From Chromera velia (Eukaryota), in contig JAHBMJ010000174.1 in NCBI GenBank assembly GCA_018398765.1, positions 1-55,068 on the forward strand: 55,068 bases of DNA, read 5' to 3'. Shown here piece by piece: positions 33,846 through 46,590 of the stretch. The notes under the pieces are model-generated. The model was given only the letters and a program-made list of their open reading frames with translations. It searched no databases and had not been told where the DNA came from. The translations under genes and the position numbers were made by a program. Position 1 is the stretch's first letter. The number at the start of each line of letters is the position of its first letter.

Positions 33846-36800
33846 TGTGAGGTGCTTGCCAGGAAGTCTGGCTTGTGGGGCACTGAGGTGCTTGATGGGC
33901 CGCTCGCATGGAGTTGGGTGCAGGATTGATGAGCGCATGCGTTTGTGCACTGAACAATACATGTAGTAAAGCATGCGTTCAAGTTCTGTAGCCAAGTAAG
34001 AGCAGGTCTGGAAGCAGCATGATTGACATGAGTCATGGCTGTCACATACTCTAGGGAGGAACTCCGTCTAAACCGGTCGACGGATTGACACTTCCATCAT
34101 CATCACCATACTGCTACGGTTCGTATTCTATCTCTAGAGCCCTGTACGCCCCTGACAAGTGGTTAGCAGAGGCTTCTGGTTGCACGGGGCAGCAGTGTTG
34201 GTGCGGCTCTAGAAACTTCATTGAGCAAAGGAAGAGGCAGATAGGACAACCAATCTAAACCACTATGGGTATGGTCTGTGCTGTATAGTACACAGTGCCT
34301 GCCTCAAAGTGAAAAAGTCTGTAGAGCTCAGAGAGCTTTCGTCTCTTTTCTGTTGTTTGCTCTCGAGCCGAGGGTTGTGGCGGACTTGAGACTCTTTTCC
34401 AGATATCATGGAGTTTGTTGTTTCTTCTTGTTCTTATCACTTGGAGGGAGTCCTCAGAACTCAAGGTTGCTGACCCATTTGAGATGAGGGTCCAGAAGAA
34501 CAAGCTTGCATAAGGAAGGAGACCGTTTAGTCTGATTGAATGACTTGAAGACTGACTGCCATCTCTGCTGATTGGGACTGCAATGAAGCATGAGGTGTCC
34601 AGGCCTATAAAGAACGTGCCCAGATGATGGAGGAGATGCTCTTCATTGCTTGTGTTGTTGGGGATGGAAGGAAAAAGAGCATCTTGTGGAGTGGAAGGTT
34701 GGTTGGGGTGATTGAGGGTATGTGTGGCCTTCTTATTTTTGTTCGCACTTGTCTGTACCGCGTTCTAAACGCTTGGTAGTACTATGGGGTACCGCGGCAG
34801 CAAGACATTCGCAAGTCAGTGGATTGTTTGGATTGTTTTCTTTTGGTTGTGGGCTTTGATTTGGGAAATTTATTTTGGGGGGAGGTAGGTGTGTATGTGA
34901 GAGGTGAAGGAGGTGTATGACACTGTGTTGGTATCTGGTCGGATTGTCTTACATTCCTCTTTCTAACTGCTTCCAACTGTCTTCTGTTTCTATTCAGAAA
35001 GGATGATTGAGTGATGATGATGTGAGAAGGTAGTTGGGAGGAAGAGAATGAAAGAAGAAGGAGAGGAGAGAGGAGATGACAGGTGAAAGGAGCGAACGGA
35101 GGTGAGATATGTGAGGGTGTTTGGTGTAAGTGTTTGTTTGAGTGGATCCTTTTGTCTCTCTGTATCTCTCTGACTAATTGCTTTCCCTGTTTATGAAAGA
35201 TGAATGGGGGATGAAGATGGTTGGGGAGAAAAGAAAAGGGAAGAAGAATTAAAGGAGAGGAGAGAGACAGGAGGCAAGACAAGGTGGTGAGGGTGAATAT
35301 GTTTTCTCTTTTTCTGTTCTCTGACCTTTTTCTCTGTTCGTCTAGGCTTAGAAGGGCATCATAGAGAAAGAAAGAGGGAAAGAAAAAATTATTTAATCGG
35401 TTGGGAGCAAAGCAAAGAGAATCAGACACTCTGCAAACAAAGAAGAGAAGGAAAGAAAGAAAGGAGAGGAAGGTGAATGATCGACACCTTAGATCTCCAA
35501 TGTTCTGCTGTTTTCGAGAGTGGTGTACACTGCGTTCGACTTCGGTCGGACTGTTCAAGATGTTGTGCAGTTCTCTGGCCCCGTAGCTGGCCAGGCTGCG
35601 GTAAGCTGTGCAGGATCCAAGGGTAACGGGCAATAACCATTTATGCAGAACGTGAGAGCTTGGTCTGTTACCGGGAATGAAGGATTATGTCGATCTGTAG
35701 TTGTTGTTTTCTTTTTCTTAATCTCTGAAAAGAAAAGAGAGCTTCACTGATTTTCCTGTATAGAAAAGGCATACGTCAGAGAAGAACCCATTGAGCTGTC
35801 TGAATGAGAAACTGTGATCGATACATGGGGTGACTTAACACAGCGGAGAGGTGGAAGCCCATAAGAGATCGAGTATACTCATTGTATTCACTGCATATAT
35901 AGAGAGAACAACTGCGTAGTTCAATAAGGAAGCGGTGTGCATGCAGTACATTTCAGTCGTGTCGACCTGTGCTCTTGAAGGGTCACCTCGTAAGAGAGAG
36001 TCTCCTGAGCGTTCATGTGTTTGAATCTGGTATGCAGTTGGGACACAGATTCAATTGTGAGGTTTGGCTATCTTTTTTCAGACAGGTGGCCGCTGTGAAG
36101 AGCAGAGAAGGAAGAGGTCAATCATCAGATTGCAGAGTAGCCAAAAATACCATGGTCATTCAGGCAGTTTTAACATATTGCGTCAAGTCGCTGTGAGGAG
36201 CATTGGGGGTGAACGTGCAGCGTACTTTTTGTATGTTATAGGCTGGCGGGCGGAAAGCGCTTCGGTCATTCGTATCAGAAACTCAAACCCTGCGAATGGC
36301 ATCCATATATAAGCCAGCGCACCACCCCAGTTTCTTTTATTCTGAATGTGTGTGCCTTGAGTCGCTCTCTGTTTCTGTGTGATTGATTCGATTCATGTCT
36401 GGCTGGAAAACAATTCTTCGGTTGATCTCTGAATTGACTTGTTTGCTCAGTTATGCAAGTGAGTTCACCAGAGAGTCCAAAGTCTCGAGTCTTTTGAGTG
36501 CACGCGGTAGAGTTCTTTATGCTTTGTCTGCTGCTGCCTCTTGTGTGAGAGAAACTGAGTGTGTGTGTGTCGTATGGGGGGAGTACCCAGAGCGTACACA
36601 GCAGTGGCCGCATTGTGTGTGCCTTCTATATTTATGACAGGCTGCATAGTGTGATACCTACTCAGTGTCTACCTAAAGGAAGGAAACGATCGTGATCAAA
36701 GAAGCCATGTATTGTGACTCGAGTTGACCCGGTGTCTGCATGTGTGTTTGTGGGCTGGGTGCTGCACGTGCTGTCTTGAATTCCCCCAGTATAAACACAC

Positions 36801-37498
36801 AAAGAGAGAGAGAGAAACAGAGTGCATCCAGCCACAGATCATTTGATTCCCCTGAGACAGTCGCACGTATAAATGCTTTGCGTTCGCATTACATTGGATG
36901 CGAAAGCCGCTTGAATGAATCTTTGATCTCGCTTGTGCGTGCTTGGGAAGCTTCGGACGCCTTTTGTATACCAATTTGGAGATGCGCCGAGATGAGATCG
37001 CAGAAGTGCGGATCGATGTCGAAGCGAGAGAAGACTTGCACAAGGAGAGTCTTAAGCAAGAACCATCTGTCAGAGTGTCTGGAGTTGTTGTTATATAGAT
37101 TTTCCCAATCACTCGCCCTATGAGCGAGCATGTGTGAGGTAGAGCTTAAAGAAGTGAACCAAGCGTGGACGTTGGTTTGGTGGGCAGGCATGTGTGAGGT
37201 GCTTGCCAGGAAGTCTGGCTTGTGGGGTACTGAGGTGCTTGATGGGCTGCTCGCACGGAGTTGGGTGCAGGATTGATGAGCGCATGCGTTTGTGTACTGA
37301 ACAATACATGTAGTAAAGCATGCGTTCTGTAGCCAAGTAAGAGCAGGTCTGGAAGCAGTATGATTGACATGAGTCATGGCTGTCAGATACTCTAGGGAGG
37401 AACTCCCTCTAGACCGGTCGTTGGATTGATACTTCCATCATCATCACCACACTGCTAGGGTTCGTATTCTATCTCTAGAGCCTTGTACGCCCCTGACA
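33846..37498 (+). mobile_element. Non-autonomous or decayed LTR retrotransposon; LTRs 33846-34157 and 37193-37498
   Basis: Direct repeats of 312 and 306 bp (about 95% identical, one 6-bp indel), bounded TGTGAGG...CCTGACA. Flanks tatga (33841-45) and catga (37499-503) form a 5-bp TSD with one mismatch. No intact gag/pol ORF. Confidence 0.9.
34160..34172 (+). promoter_or_regulatory. Primer-binding site, initiator tRNA-Met type
   Basis: tggttagcagagg, 2 nt after the left LTR, matches TGGTAGCAGAGG (complement of the eukaryotic tRNAi-Met 3' end) with one extra T. Sets the element orientation to +. Confidence 0.7.
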
Positions 37499-38013
37499 CA
37501 TGACATTAACGTCACATGCATGCCCCATCATGCCCCGCGGTATACCGTGGGCGGGGTATCCTGTGCATGGTATCGGGCGCGGGCGGAGCGGGTCGCTTTC
37601 CGCGCGCCATTCGTGCTAGGTTTTCCGGGGCCGGCCGCCCCGCGTCTTGCAACACAATTTATTAAGAAACACCATGCACCGATGAATGTCGATCTTAATT
37701 CGAGCTTCTCCAGCCTGTCCTCCATTATTGTCCTCTTCCATTCACTTTCTTCCTCTTTCATTACTCCCTCGTTGACCCAGCGTGCCACCCTCTTTGGCTC
37801 TTCTGCTGCGTCGATCGATCTTCAACCAAGCTTTCTGCTCCATCCATCGATGGACAAGATCGTCCAAACTCTTCTGAAAACCTTCTGCGACGACTTCAAG
37901 GGAGAGACCTTCCCTTTTGACTCCTACGACTGAAATCCTTTGCGCCTCTCTGACGAAACCGTTTCTCTCTATCATCCTCTTTAGTTGTATTAGAAGGCTC
38001 TCTCTGACGCGAC

Positions 38014-41000
38014 ATGAGGATTCCGTCGTCTGCCGTTTTTCTGTGTCTCCTATTGGGAACCTTGACGGTTTCTGCACACACAGACTCTTGCAGTGCCACA
38101 AGCTGCGACAAGTGCCTGAGGCAGAGCAGAAGCACCTTTGACGGCTGTGGCTGGTACGGTGATGGGAAGACTGGAGTGTGTGTCGCAGGTGAGGTGGTTG
38201 AGGGAGCTTTGTTTTCAAATCGCTGTTTCCTTCTTGGTGTTGCAATCAGAAGAGCCGTCTCCCCGTCTCCCTTCTCCCTTCTCCCCCCACCCCCCTCTTT
38301 GCAGGCGACTCCTTCGGTCCGACGGCCGACAGCGGCTACTCGAAGGATGAGTGCTGGAACTTCGGGATCGAGTGGGATGGCGGGGCTGAGGGACACCTGC
38401 AGAGTGTGTAGCGGCAGCACTTGCGACGACTGCGTGAGGAGCGGTCAGGGGTGCGGGTGGTGTGCGGAGACGGGCACCTGCGGGCCTTCCAGCTCTTTTG
38501 GAGACATGTGCGTGGGGGTAAAGGCCTCCAAATGCTCCAATTGGCAGGGGTGCCTGCGGAAGGAACCGAGCCAGAGTTGCCCCGCAGTGAGGTGCTCTGA
38601 CTTCGACACGTGCTCCGCGTGCGCAGGGAACAGAGGCTGTGGGTGGTCAGTCAGTGCATCCTGTACGTCTCTGTTTGTTTGGTTTGCCCCCCATTGGGAT
38701 AAATGGGTGGTTCCTCTCTGACTGGCCCAAGATGCTCTGTGCAAATTTGGTCGTCGCATCGTTGGGGTCTCTCCGTCCCGTGCACTGTCTCTTCTGGTGT
38801 CCCTCCCACCAGTGCACCTAGCTTTGTTCTATCGATGATTCTGTACCTAGCTTTGTTCTATTGATGATTCTGTCGCCTCTTTCGGCATCCTCTCCTGGAG
38901 GTTGAGAGAGGTCGTGCTTCTCCATAGAAGATTGTGCCATGATGTGTCATGATGATGTCAGACTGCGCATGTCAGAAGCTGATGGTTGTTTGTACCTTGC
39001 TGCTCGGTCTCGATTGTTTTCTTTCTTTCTTTTTGCCTGCCTGCAGGTGTGCGTCCTCCCAGACCTGCATGGAGGGTGACAGCTTCGTGGGCCTCTGCAA
39101 GGACTGTGCTCACGGCATCGGTTGCTTCAAGAGCAAAAACGACGACAAGTGCCCAGAGAAACGATGCTCCTCCTTCACAATGTGCTCGGGGTGCACGGCT
39201 CAGAAAGGGTGAGGACGGTGGACGGGCCTGCCTGAGTCATGTGTGTGTAATGCAGAGATGCGATAGTGTCCGAACTTTTCTTTGGTATGGAGTCCCTCGA
39301 GGGGGGGGGGAAACTGGAGCTTGCACATAATTATACGCTTGCGTGATAGAATGCATATGCACCTGCGTTCAGACAAGAACAGACGGAGGGATGGCAGCTT
39401 GTGTCCTCTGTTCTTTTTCCTTTGCTGCTCTTCCATGCATGCTTTGATTGCCCGAGCTGTCTTGCTTCTATTCCCCTCACTTCCTTCTCCTTCTGCTTCT
39501 GATTGACTGCAGCTGTGGCTGGGACGCAGCCGAGCTAAAGTGCGTCGAATTGACCCAGGGGGGCAGTCTGGGCTCGTGCCCCGCCTCCACCGTCGGTTGC
39601 CTCTTTGAGACATCAGACCAGTGTCCCCACACCCCCACTCAGCAGTGTTCCTTCTACAAGTCCTGCAGGGCCTGTGCTGAGGATCCTGCGTGTGGGTGGT
39701 CCTCAGGGCTGAATGAGTGCGTGGAGGCCAGCACCTCCATGCTCAACGGTTGCAGAGGAGATGGCGCGTTCTCTTTCCGTGACTGCGAGCCGCACTGCCA
39801 CTCCATTTCTGACTGCGACGCCTGTCTGGAAGAAAACAGCGCAGACTGCACCTGGTGTGTGGGGGAGAGGTTGAACGCCAACAGGACGAAAGTTGAGAGA
39901 TGCGTCCTGGCAAAGGGGGGCATCGGGGGGAAAGCTGGGAGAGCAGATAGAAGAGAGCCCGAGTATGAAGAACATGTGTGCCAGTACACCATTGCTGAGA
40001 AGGCAGAATGCGACTCATGTGCTTCAAAGGGCTTCAAGTCCAAACTCCACATGATGCAGGACAAAGGCAGCTTCTCTGCCTGCACATCGGATCCCAAGTG
40101 TGTTGCCTGTGAGTATGAAACCGAAAAGCACGGTCTTGTGAGTGACTGCGTGAGGGGAGACGAGGAGGGTCCCTTCTCCTCCTGTCGTTTGCCCCCGGAC
40201 ACAGGGAGCAGTCTGAAGGGAGCCTTCTGGGCCCACTCCCCCGACACCCCCATAGGCGCACACCACGACAGTCCCCAGTGCGGCAACCAGGACGTCTGTC
40301 GGACAGCAACAACATGCAGAGAGTGTATGTCATGGGACAGGAGAGAGCAAGGGTGTGTGTGGTGCAACCACACGGAGCCCTTGTCTGGAGAGACCACAAT
40401 TGGATCTCGGTGCAGAGCCTCCACTGAGTGTCCCTCCGAGTTTTCGAATGAGAACTTCGAATGTCCTCTTCAAGTTGAGCCAACATGCACCGAGACGGGA
40501 AGAGACGGAGGCTGCACGGCGTGTGTGGCACGGAAGGACTGCGCGTTTGCGCCTTCTGAGAACCTCTGCGTCCCCCATTCCACCCCCTTCTCGTTCAACT
40601 TCCTTCCCTATGTTTGGGGAGATGCCGGCAAGTGCCCTGAGGTCTGTGTAAGGCACAAAAACTGCAAGGCCTGTGCATCATCTGATGATGCGTGCGGGTG
40701 GTGTGGAAGCACGTCTACTTGTCTTCCTCTCGGAAGAAGCAAGGATCCTCTCACGGAAGGACCCGATTTTCTTTCGACTGGCAGAACGTGCTCCCCTTTC
40801 GTGGTGTCATTTGCGACTGAGGCATGCGGAAGTGCTGAGGAAGAGGAGGAAGAGAAAGAAGGGGGAAAGGGAAAGGGAGAAGAGAAGGAAGAGACGGGAG
40901 GAAAGGGAGAGTCCGAGAAGGGCAAAACCGATGAAGAGGGAGAGAAGCAGAAGAACGCTGAGAGTGAAAAGGAGAAGAGAGAAGATCGTTCTGCAGACGG

Positions 41001-41127
41001 GTGGATCATCGCTCTTCTGGTTCTTCTCATTGCCGTCATTTTTGTCACCTGGAGTCTCTGCTTCAGGTGCTGGAACTGCCTCTACTGGCGCCCTCATCGT
41101 GGGGTCACGGTTCGCTTGGCTGTTTGA
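38014..41127 (+). CDS. Cysteine-rich type I membrane protein with multiple PSI-like repeats; exons 38014-38188, 38305-38645, 39047-39208, 39513-41127 (probable frameshift in exon 2)
   Basis: Signal peptide MRIPSSAVFLCLLLGTLTVSA, about 10 repeats of C-x2-C-x(4-8)-C(G)WC-x(4-6)-C, a charged stalk, TM WIIALLVLLIAVIFVTWSLCF and a short Cys-containing tail. Confidence 0.8.
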
Positions 41128-42574
41128 TCTGCATGTATGGGTCCGGAGCAGGTAGCTAGAGCAGGGGGCTTCACTCTTTCTCGATTTCTCCCCTCTACCC
41201 TTCTCTCTGCCTTGCTTCGTTACTCAATCTCACTCTCTCTTTCTCTCTCCTACGTGGTGCATCTTATGATTGGAGTGGAGAACGAACTTGACCTAGCTTT
41301 CTCTCCGCTCTTTCTCCTCAGGCCCTCCCTCTCTTATTGCATGTACCGGGACGCCCTTCTTTCTTTCTTCATCTCCTACCCGTCCGTCTATTTTCTCAAG
41401 GTGAACACAGCTAGCGTCCTGATTCCAGGATCGAGACGGGAGGACTAGTTTCCTTTAATTCGGGATTTCTTTCTGTCCAAATGAAAAGGCCAAGAGAAAA
41501 CCAACCAGGGATGCAGGGAGGGAAGGGACTGCAATACGAGAGGTTGTCGAGAGGGAAAAAAATAGCTGCAACAATTGCGAAGTTGAAATCAGTTCTCTCG
41601 CGGGGACTCCCGAAAGAGATGACAATCAGCGATTTTGTTCATGCAGTGCATGAAGAAACTTGAAGAATATTTAAGAAAAGAAAAGACCCTAGCTGAGAGA
41701 TAAAGAGGGAGTTCTGCCGTCATACCGTTCCGGTGATTGCCCGGTGGGGTCTAATCGTGCATACATGTAGATGTGTTTCAATTGACGTCCTTTCTGCTTT
41801 GAGGTCTTTCAAGCAACTGGTGAAGGCAACACTTGGCTGGACCAATCTGACATCTGTATGAGCACTTCCCTTTCGAAGATGAAAGAGGAGCATTGTTTCC
41901 TTTTTTTCATGAATGTCTTTTCTGACTGCGTGACTCCGGAGGCCTCTGTGCAATGATCGCTGCATGCATGAAGAGTTTGCGTGGCAATATGTGAGCTGCT
42001 ACAGAACCTCTGAAAAACAGCTTTTCATGCATGAAAGCTCTAAGAAAGAGTGTACGATGTTTGGCATTGTTTGCATAAACGGACTTCAAGTTAAGTCTTC
42101 AACTAACTCGATGACTAGCTCCATGAGTTGCTCGGTGATATTTCTTGTATAGACTACCAGGTAGACTAACTATTAGTAGACTAATTAAAATTTCATTCAA
42201 TGCTATTTTCCATACATGAAAAAAACAGAGAGCCACTGTCTATAATCATCATATTATATGATCATAGTCCCGCTATCGGTCCACAATAGGCCTAAATATT
42301 TCAGTGCCTTAATTCGTACTCTATTGCTATAGTGCAAAGCACTGAAAACATACTAACTCAACTGTTGTAAAGCATGCATAAGACATGTGCTTAGTATACG
42401 GGCCACAGCGGTCCCCTGCCTGCGCGTGGCACCCTATATAACATACAATGGCGCGGTGCTGCGGCGGCAACGCCTTTTACCAAGTTTTTCTCTTAGGGTT
42501 TTTTTACTAAACCAGGGGCAAATTTGTTGAACCTTTACCAGGTTATCAAAATGCATCTAGGTATACTATACATG

Positions 42575-42670
42575 CCCTGCAGGTAGTAGCTATAGGATTT
42601 TATAGGGTTTTTAGGCTAGGATTTTAGCGGATTAATTTTATGGGATTTTAGCTAGGTTTTTAGCAAATTC
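42575..42670 (+). mobile_element. Decayed left end of the same foldback/MITE family
   Basis: ccctgcaggta...ggattttata...ggattttagcggatt...gggattttagc matches the left TIR at 5683. No right arm found. Confidence 0.65.
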
Positions 42671-43139
42671 TGAAGAATCTGAACACTAGTCTGAACACTT
42701 AATCGGACTCGGAGTTGATGATCACAGTTGATCCTTAAGTTTTAACTCATTCTTTTACAGGAACAATTAATATGCTGCGCTTCCAGTTGTGCCTAGCTCT
42801 GCGTTTATCTTTCTTTCTCGATTCATTCATCCTTATAAAACTCAAGTAATACATGATGTTTACATGACTCGGAATCCGAACCCTTCACACTAAACAATGA
42901 AGATCATTGAGTGTTCATTCTTTGTAATTCGAATTAGTCTCCAAATTCTGATCTGCGATGATCATTTCACCAGTGACTGAGCCGTGATGGCGTTGCACAC
43001 AGTTATGCGCGCACATCTGTTTCTTTCCCATCGTGGGGTATACGTACAAAGTAATTGATTGATCCAATAAGTTTTTTCAATTCACCTAAATCCATTAGTG
43101 AAGCACTTTTCCTCAATTGTAGTCTCTTTCCATTCCAAC

Positions 43140-45840
43140 TTATTCAGCGAAAAGCTCCCCTTGATTTGCTCCTTGCGAAGCACTGCGAAGGTAGACAGAG
43201 GTTACAGTCGCAGGGGGACGCACAGGCGTCTCCTGGGTGGCGGGGTCCTGCTCGATGCTGTCCCAAAACCCCCCCAGGGACTCACATGCAATCTCAGAAA
43301 CACCCCTGTCAAAGGACTTGCCTCCCACCTTGTTTTGAGAGTCTGGGGGGACTGATTTCACGTTTTCCTCCTCAACTGTGACGGTTTTTTTCTTCCCTTC
43401 CCCCTCCATGACCTGGTCCCCCTTGCCCCCCTCAACTTTCGCGATGCCTTCATAAGACGCGCGCCGGTCTTCTCCCTCTCCCTTTCCTTCATTTCCCTTG
43501 TCATTCTTCTCCTTCACCTTCTCCCTTTCTTTCTTGCACCATCTGGAGGGTCCAACTCTCTCTGCCCACCCCCTGCAGAACCCGAACGGCCTCTCGCCCT
43601 TCCTGTAGGAAGAGATTAAATGCCAAGCAAGAAGACCCACAAGGCCAATGAAGACAACGGCACCAACAACAATCAACGCAATCTCCCATGCTTCCAACGA
43701 TTGACTCTCAGTCCTCGCCTCTGCTGCTGCGAGGGAAATAACGACAGACCCGAACGTCATCGAGAACGCGAACTCCTTGTCAGTCCCTGCTGTCTGCAGC
43801 TCCACCGTGTCCCCTGTCTGCGTGTCTCCCGACGCTTCCCCTCCAGATACAGAGGCAGAAAATGAAACCCCGTCTGCGTTCCTGTTCACCTTCAAATCCT
43901 CTCCTTCGTGCTTCAACTGCACGTTGTCCGACGGGTTCGTGAGGGGGCAGTAGACTCCAGTCTTCTTCCCACTGCTGTCACTTGACTCGAGAGACAGACC
44001 CAGAGAAGCGTCGGAGGTGTCTATCACACTGCCACTGGAGAATATGGACACCTCCGATAGGGTCTCAGTGACAGTCTCGGGAAAGGGCAGGTCTGCTGTC
44101 TGGAGCCTCGATCCCTGTGCCCCCCCCTGGTCGAGAATCAACTGCACCACTCCCTTCACGAACTCCCTCTTCTCGCTCTCACTCCCGAGAGCCTGTCCCT
44201 GTTCCTTCAGACTGGTGGACAGAGTCACGGTGGAGGTGGGGGAAGACCCCGAGGGGGGCGCTGTGAAGTCCTCCGAAGAGATCTGGCTGTTCCCTATTCT
44301 CTTCACCACCGGGGCGGTGGAGCCAGCAGTGGGGGCTGCGGTAGTGGCGGCCCCCCCCGAGGCAGGGGCGGAGGGAGGGGCGGTTGTTGCTGTGCTGCTG
44401 CCAGTGCCTGCGGGAGAGCCAGGAGAAGAGGAAGACAGGACAGAAAGCAAACCCAGGATGTTAATATATGAGTGAGGCACGTGCGTGTAGAGAGGGTTTT
44501 GAAGGAGAGCAAACAAGAAGGAAACGAAAGGGGCAACAGAAGGTTGTCTCGCCAAAGAGAGACGAGTAAGAATAAAGTAAACGCTGTGAATGAAAATGAG
44601 AGAGAAAGGAAGATGAAGCACGGCATCGGTAGACAGCGGGCTGAAGACAGTGTATTACTAAAAGAAAACAAATACCAGACCAACACGCACAAAGCCAAAA
44701 GAAGGAACGCCAACACCCCGAGTATCAATCAGCATTTGCAACACTGCATCTTCCTGAGTACATGAAAAAGCAGATTCGCGCTGTCACGGAGAATCCAAAC
44801 GACTGCTGCTGACCGGGGCCCCCACGCCTGTGCCTCTGCCAAGCGTTTACTTTCATACAGAATTCTTTTTCATACAGAAAGAAAAAAACATTCAAACGAC
44901 TGCTGCTGACCGAGGCCCCACGCCTGTGCCTCTGCCAAGCACGTGGCGTCTGATTTTGTTCCTTTCGGCATCACGTTCAGAGGGAAGCACGCGTGATTGT
45001 TCATGATGTTATTCGGAGTCGTGCAGTCAGCCACGTCGTTGCCCTTGATGCGGCAGACGTCGAATGAGTTCCCTGTCCCCCTCGCACACCCCAATAGAGT
45101 CGCCGTCTTCCAAAGAATGGCCGTCAAGTGAGCCGCAGCCTGCAGATATGCATTCATCGGGCTGCTCTCCCACGCCGAAACTTCTGACGTGAACATGGCG
45201 TTCACCCCATCTGCGGGGGTGGGCCATCCGTTCGCGATGTTCTCTCCTGAGGGCCCCTCGCACGGAGTCATTTGCCCTGCGTTGCTGTGGCTGTTCGAGT
45301 TCCCGTCCGCCCACGTCTGCGCGCTGTTCTCCAGACAGGTGTTCCACGTCAGAAACGGGGTGTCGTACCTGCATTATTTGTGATAAAGACAACATGTGTT
45401 GCAGTGTTGCAGACGAGGCTTGGCATGCAGTCTTCTACAAAAATGTGTTCCAGGTTAAAAGCAGAGCGTCGTAAATAGACGGTATGGAGACATGCAGGCA
45501 GAATTTCGGCAGTGTGCCCTAGACGGTGTATCTCTGGTTATTCGGCGCTCTGTGAACAGCCCAGGACCCATTGATGCTCTTTTGAGAACCCGGCATGGAG
45601 CCATGCATGCGTGTTGGAACGCATGCATGGCTGCATGTATCTGGCTGACTTGCAGCGAAAGAAGTTGTACCGCACAATGAAGTCCAGTCGAGTGGCGTCC
45701 GTCGCCAGAGACCTTCTCTTGCCTGCATTCCCAACACCTTCTTCGAACTCTGCAGTACCAACAGCCTCCGGATCTCCCAACACCTCCACAAAGAGGAGCA
45801 GAACGAGCACCTTCAAAAGAATGGAGGGATGACGGACCAT
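43140..45840 (-). CDS. Membrane-anchored CAP/SCP (PR-1/allergen V5) domain protein; exons 45840-45650, 45368-44911, 44407-43140
   Basis: Signal peptide, then YNFFRCKYDTPFLTWNTCLENSAQTWA...H...GENIA...HLTAILWKTATLLGCA (CAP motifs), an S/T/A/P linker, an unknown domain and TM IALIVVGAVVFIGLVGLLAW. Intron phases 2 and 1 join in frame. Confidence 0.85.
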
Positions 45841-46590
45841 CGCATCAGTTGGTGTGACGGTGAAAAGCAATTTTGAATGTATATGTCAAGAAGTAAAGTC
45901 GCTCGCACTTGGAGCTGAACCGGAGTGCTATTTTGGGTGCGTTGCTTGCAAAAACCGGTTGAAGCACTTTGTTTAAAGTCCCAGTCAGAGAACTGAACCC
46001 AGGTTGAGAGGCTCCTGGGGATGGATGCACAAGTGCTCACTGCCCGAAAGAAGATTCTTGACCCCTTCTTCTGAATTTCTCCGCGCACTTCAATGACTCG
46101 TGACAGTCTTGAGAGAAGATTCGATCGATTTGACCGTTCAATTTAACTTCGACTGACCTTTGTGAAATTAAACCAACCTGCATGCACCCGCGGCGCGGCC
46201 GGGTCTCCGCGCGCGCCTGCATGCCTGCATGACACAAAGGGTCAGGATTTGCCAAATCCTGACGGGATTGGCGCGCCCAAGTTGCGGCCCCACTGAATGA
46301 GCTTCTTTCGATCCTCTTGAGCGAATGTACGTAACATGTTGACTGATGATGATGAGAGTGAAGAGTCTCACTGTCTCACTGAAACACGGTTGTTTCGTTC
46401 TGTTTGACTTGTCCATAACATCTAATTTCGGGTTGTGTTAGTCCTGATGCAGTTTTGTCGACGGTTTACTTGTTCCGTTCAAACAACCGTTGTTTGGCCT
46501 GCGTAGTAGGTACATAATGCAACGAGTCAATTGATTCAGCCACTTCTCGCCGTTGTGCATGCGTAGAGAGTGCCTACTCGTCTACCCACG

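Noticed and set aside
38815..38873. Short adjacent tandem duplications (also 31208-31272, 22615-22660)
   Set aside because: They lack the motif-bearing filler and look like ordinary slippage duplications.
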